Shown here piece after piece: positions 62,293-64,000 of a stretch of DNA of 64,000 nt. The DNA is from Oikopleura dioica. Its lineage: Eukaryota > Animalia > Chordata. Location: the NCBI GenBank assembly GCA_907165135.1, contig OU015566.1, positions 14,322,001 to 14,386,000 of the forward strand, in the 5' to 3' direction. The notes below the pieces were generated by a model. That model had not been told where the DNA came from. It saw only the letters and a list, made by a program, of their open reading frames with translations, and did not search any database. Every line of letters begins with the position of its first letter. Position 1 is the first letter of the stretch. The position numbers and the translations under genes were made by a program.

Positions 62293-64000
62293 TATGACAT
62301 AAAAAATGTCCTGATTTTATCTACAAATTACTTTGATCCGCCAATAAATATCTTAAAAATCACGTTTTTGAACTGGTGATTTCGTCAGAGCAGATCCGCA
62401 AATTGAATCTCCTCTTTCCAGCTCATCACTCGAAACCGGATTTGATTCAATCAGAAGCCGGATGGAACATCCGAAATCGAATATGTTCCTGGCGCGTGTT
62501 TTCTACCATTTTACTTCTCCAACGCTCGTCAGATGTAAATGACGCGTTCTGAAAAATTCAAGTACCGCTCCAGTTTTTTACAACTCAAAATATCGGGTCA
62601 AAAATCGAAGCGTGAAAAATTGAACAATGATCGCTCGCGGAGGCAAAACGTGCTCAAGTAGCTCAGCGGGGGATCTAATCTTATCAGATGTTTTCGAAAG
62701 AGGGAATCGAAAACGCGAAATTATAGTCTTCAAAGCCAGAAACATAAGCGCCGCGAATTGAACGCAACGAATCTGATTTACTTCAATATGCACCCTTTTC
62801 TGTTTACTTACCATTTGCTGACTCAGTTTTAAGGGTGTCACGAGCTAGGAAAGATTGATTTCTAAGCATTTATTTTCGTCTGTTTTCCGATTTTGTCGCG
62901 ATAAAAGCCTCCTCGAATCAGGTTTTCAGGATTGGCAGAAAACTTATCGCACAAGAACCTTATCGCTAGAATGTCCGACACTTGTCCGATTTGCTTTTGG
63001 TGAATCAGTGATGAACCCAGCTGGTGGCCACGTGAGCCCCGGAAGCGAAGAGTTTTTCTTTTAGAAGGTTACTTTTCATATTTCTGAAAGAAATGGTAGA
63101 AAAACGCTGTTGGCAAAAAATAGGAGAACTGCTCTTATTTATTAATTATACGATTAAGGGTGTCACTAAGCTAAATTTTATACAAAATATCTTGTTCTTG
63201 CTTTTCATATTTCAATAAATTCGTAAAAAAGCTGTTAGCAATAGGAAAACTGCTCTTATTCTATTAATGATAAGATTAAGGGTGTCACGAGGATATTTTT
63301 TTTCGAAAAACCTAGTTCTCAGCATCTTCCTATTTTTATTTTCAAACAAACATGAGAAAATATACGTGTATCCGCCGGCTGATCATGTTCATTTTGCCTT
63401 GAGAGTAGATCTGATTTATTACAGTAATGATTTTAGTCGGCGACGAATTGACCAAATCAATTCCGCTCTCTCAATTTTCAATTTTCGAGCCTCGTCACTG
63501 CGAATTTGTTTTGAAGGCAGAATCAGTTTGAAACCAAAGCAGTTTTTAATGTAGAAACAGCTTTATCAACATAATCCACAATCAAGAAAATCAAAAAGGA
63601 GTGGTCATTTTTTTATCTTAGAGGAGCGAGGCTTGTTGCGTAAAAGCTCGGAAAAGCTCGATATTGATCGGGAAATTAGAATGTCACGTTGACTTCCAAA
63701 GCTGGAGAAAATCTTTTGACTCGCTATTTTTTAAAGAAAGTCGCTTTCAAAAAACACTGAAAAAGGCAAATTTATAGTTCTTAGCGCGGCTCAAAGTTAC
63801 TAATAAGTTCTCATTTCGCGCCAGAGAAACGTGTTTTAGCTGAAAATTATGCTTCAAAAAACCGTGTCTTTCGAAAATTACCGCTCTAGAAAAACGTCTT
63901 TAGAAGTTATAAGACGCGTGTTCCATTAGAACACAGAAGCAATGCGCAGTTATTCGCAAATGCGGCTAAACAAAAATCTCTCTTCTTCGAAAAAGACCTT

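Noticed and set aside
124-63427. TACAGTA/TACTGTA as Tc1/mariner excision footprints
   Set aside because: About 20 seen by eye against a rough chance expectation in the low teens for this base composition; several are coding. Not convincing without a proper count.

Overview
Eukaryotic, AT-rich animal DNA, most likely an appendicularian tunicate (Oikopleura dioica-like). This assignment is an inference from a chordate-type connexin, many 37-58 nt introns, GA-AG/GG-AG/GC-AG splice sites and an oikosin-like house-protein domain. Hand-spliced genes: connexin (+), CBM2-GH9 cellulase (-, 3' third not found), NtA-like/Sushi protein (-), single-pass membrane protein (+), TOGARAM1/crescerin (+), AGMO (-), oikosin-like protein (+, 5' end not found), C2H2 zinc finger (+), FACIT-type collagen (+), a tandem pair of small GPI-like proteins (-), a divergent class A GPCR (+) and a RING finger gene (+). 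Non-coding DNA holds many palindromic non-autonomous elements, including TTAA-flanked ones and a 666-bp foldback in two copies. Main observations: (1) a 16-nt motif CTCTTCCTTGATTTCA recurs in unrelated ~45-nt introns in both orientations; (2) a dispersed 10-mer TAAGGGTGTC builds palindromic and tandem elements; (3) five -1 frameshifts in four unrelated genes all fall in short homopolymers, most likely assembly error. No rRNA, tRNA, CRISPR array or autonomous transposase was recognised. All exon structures were derived by eye; unclear junctions are flagged.
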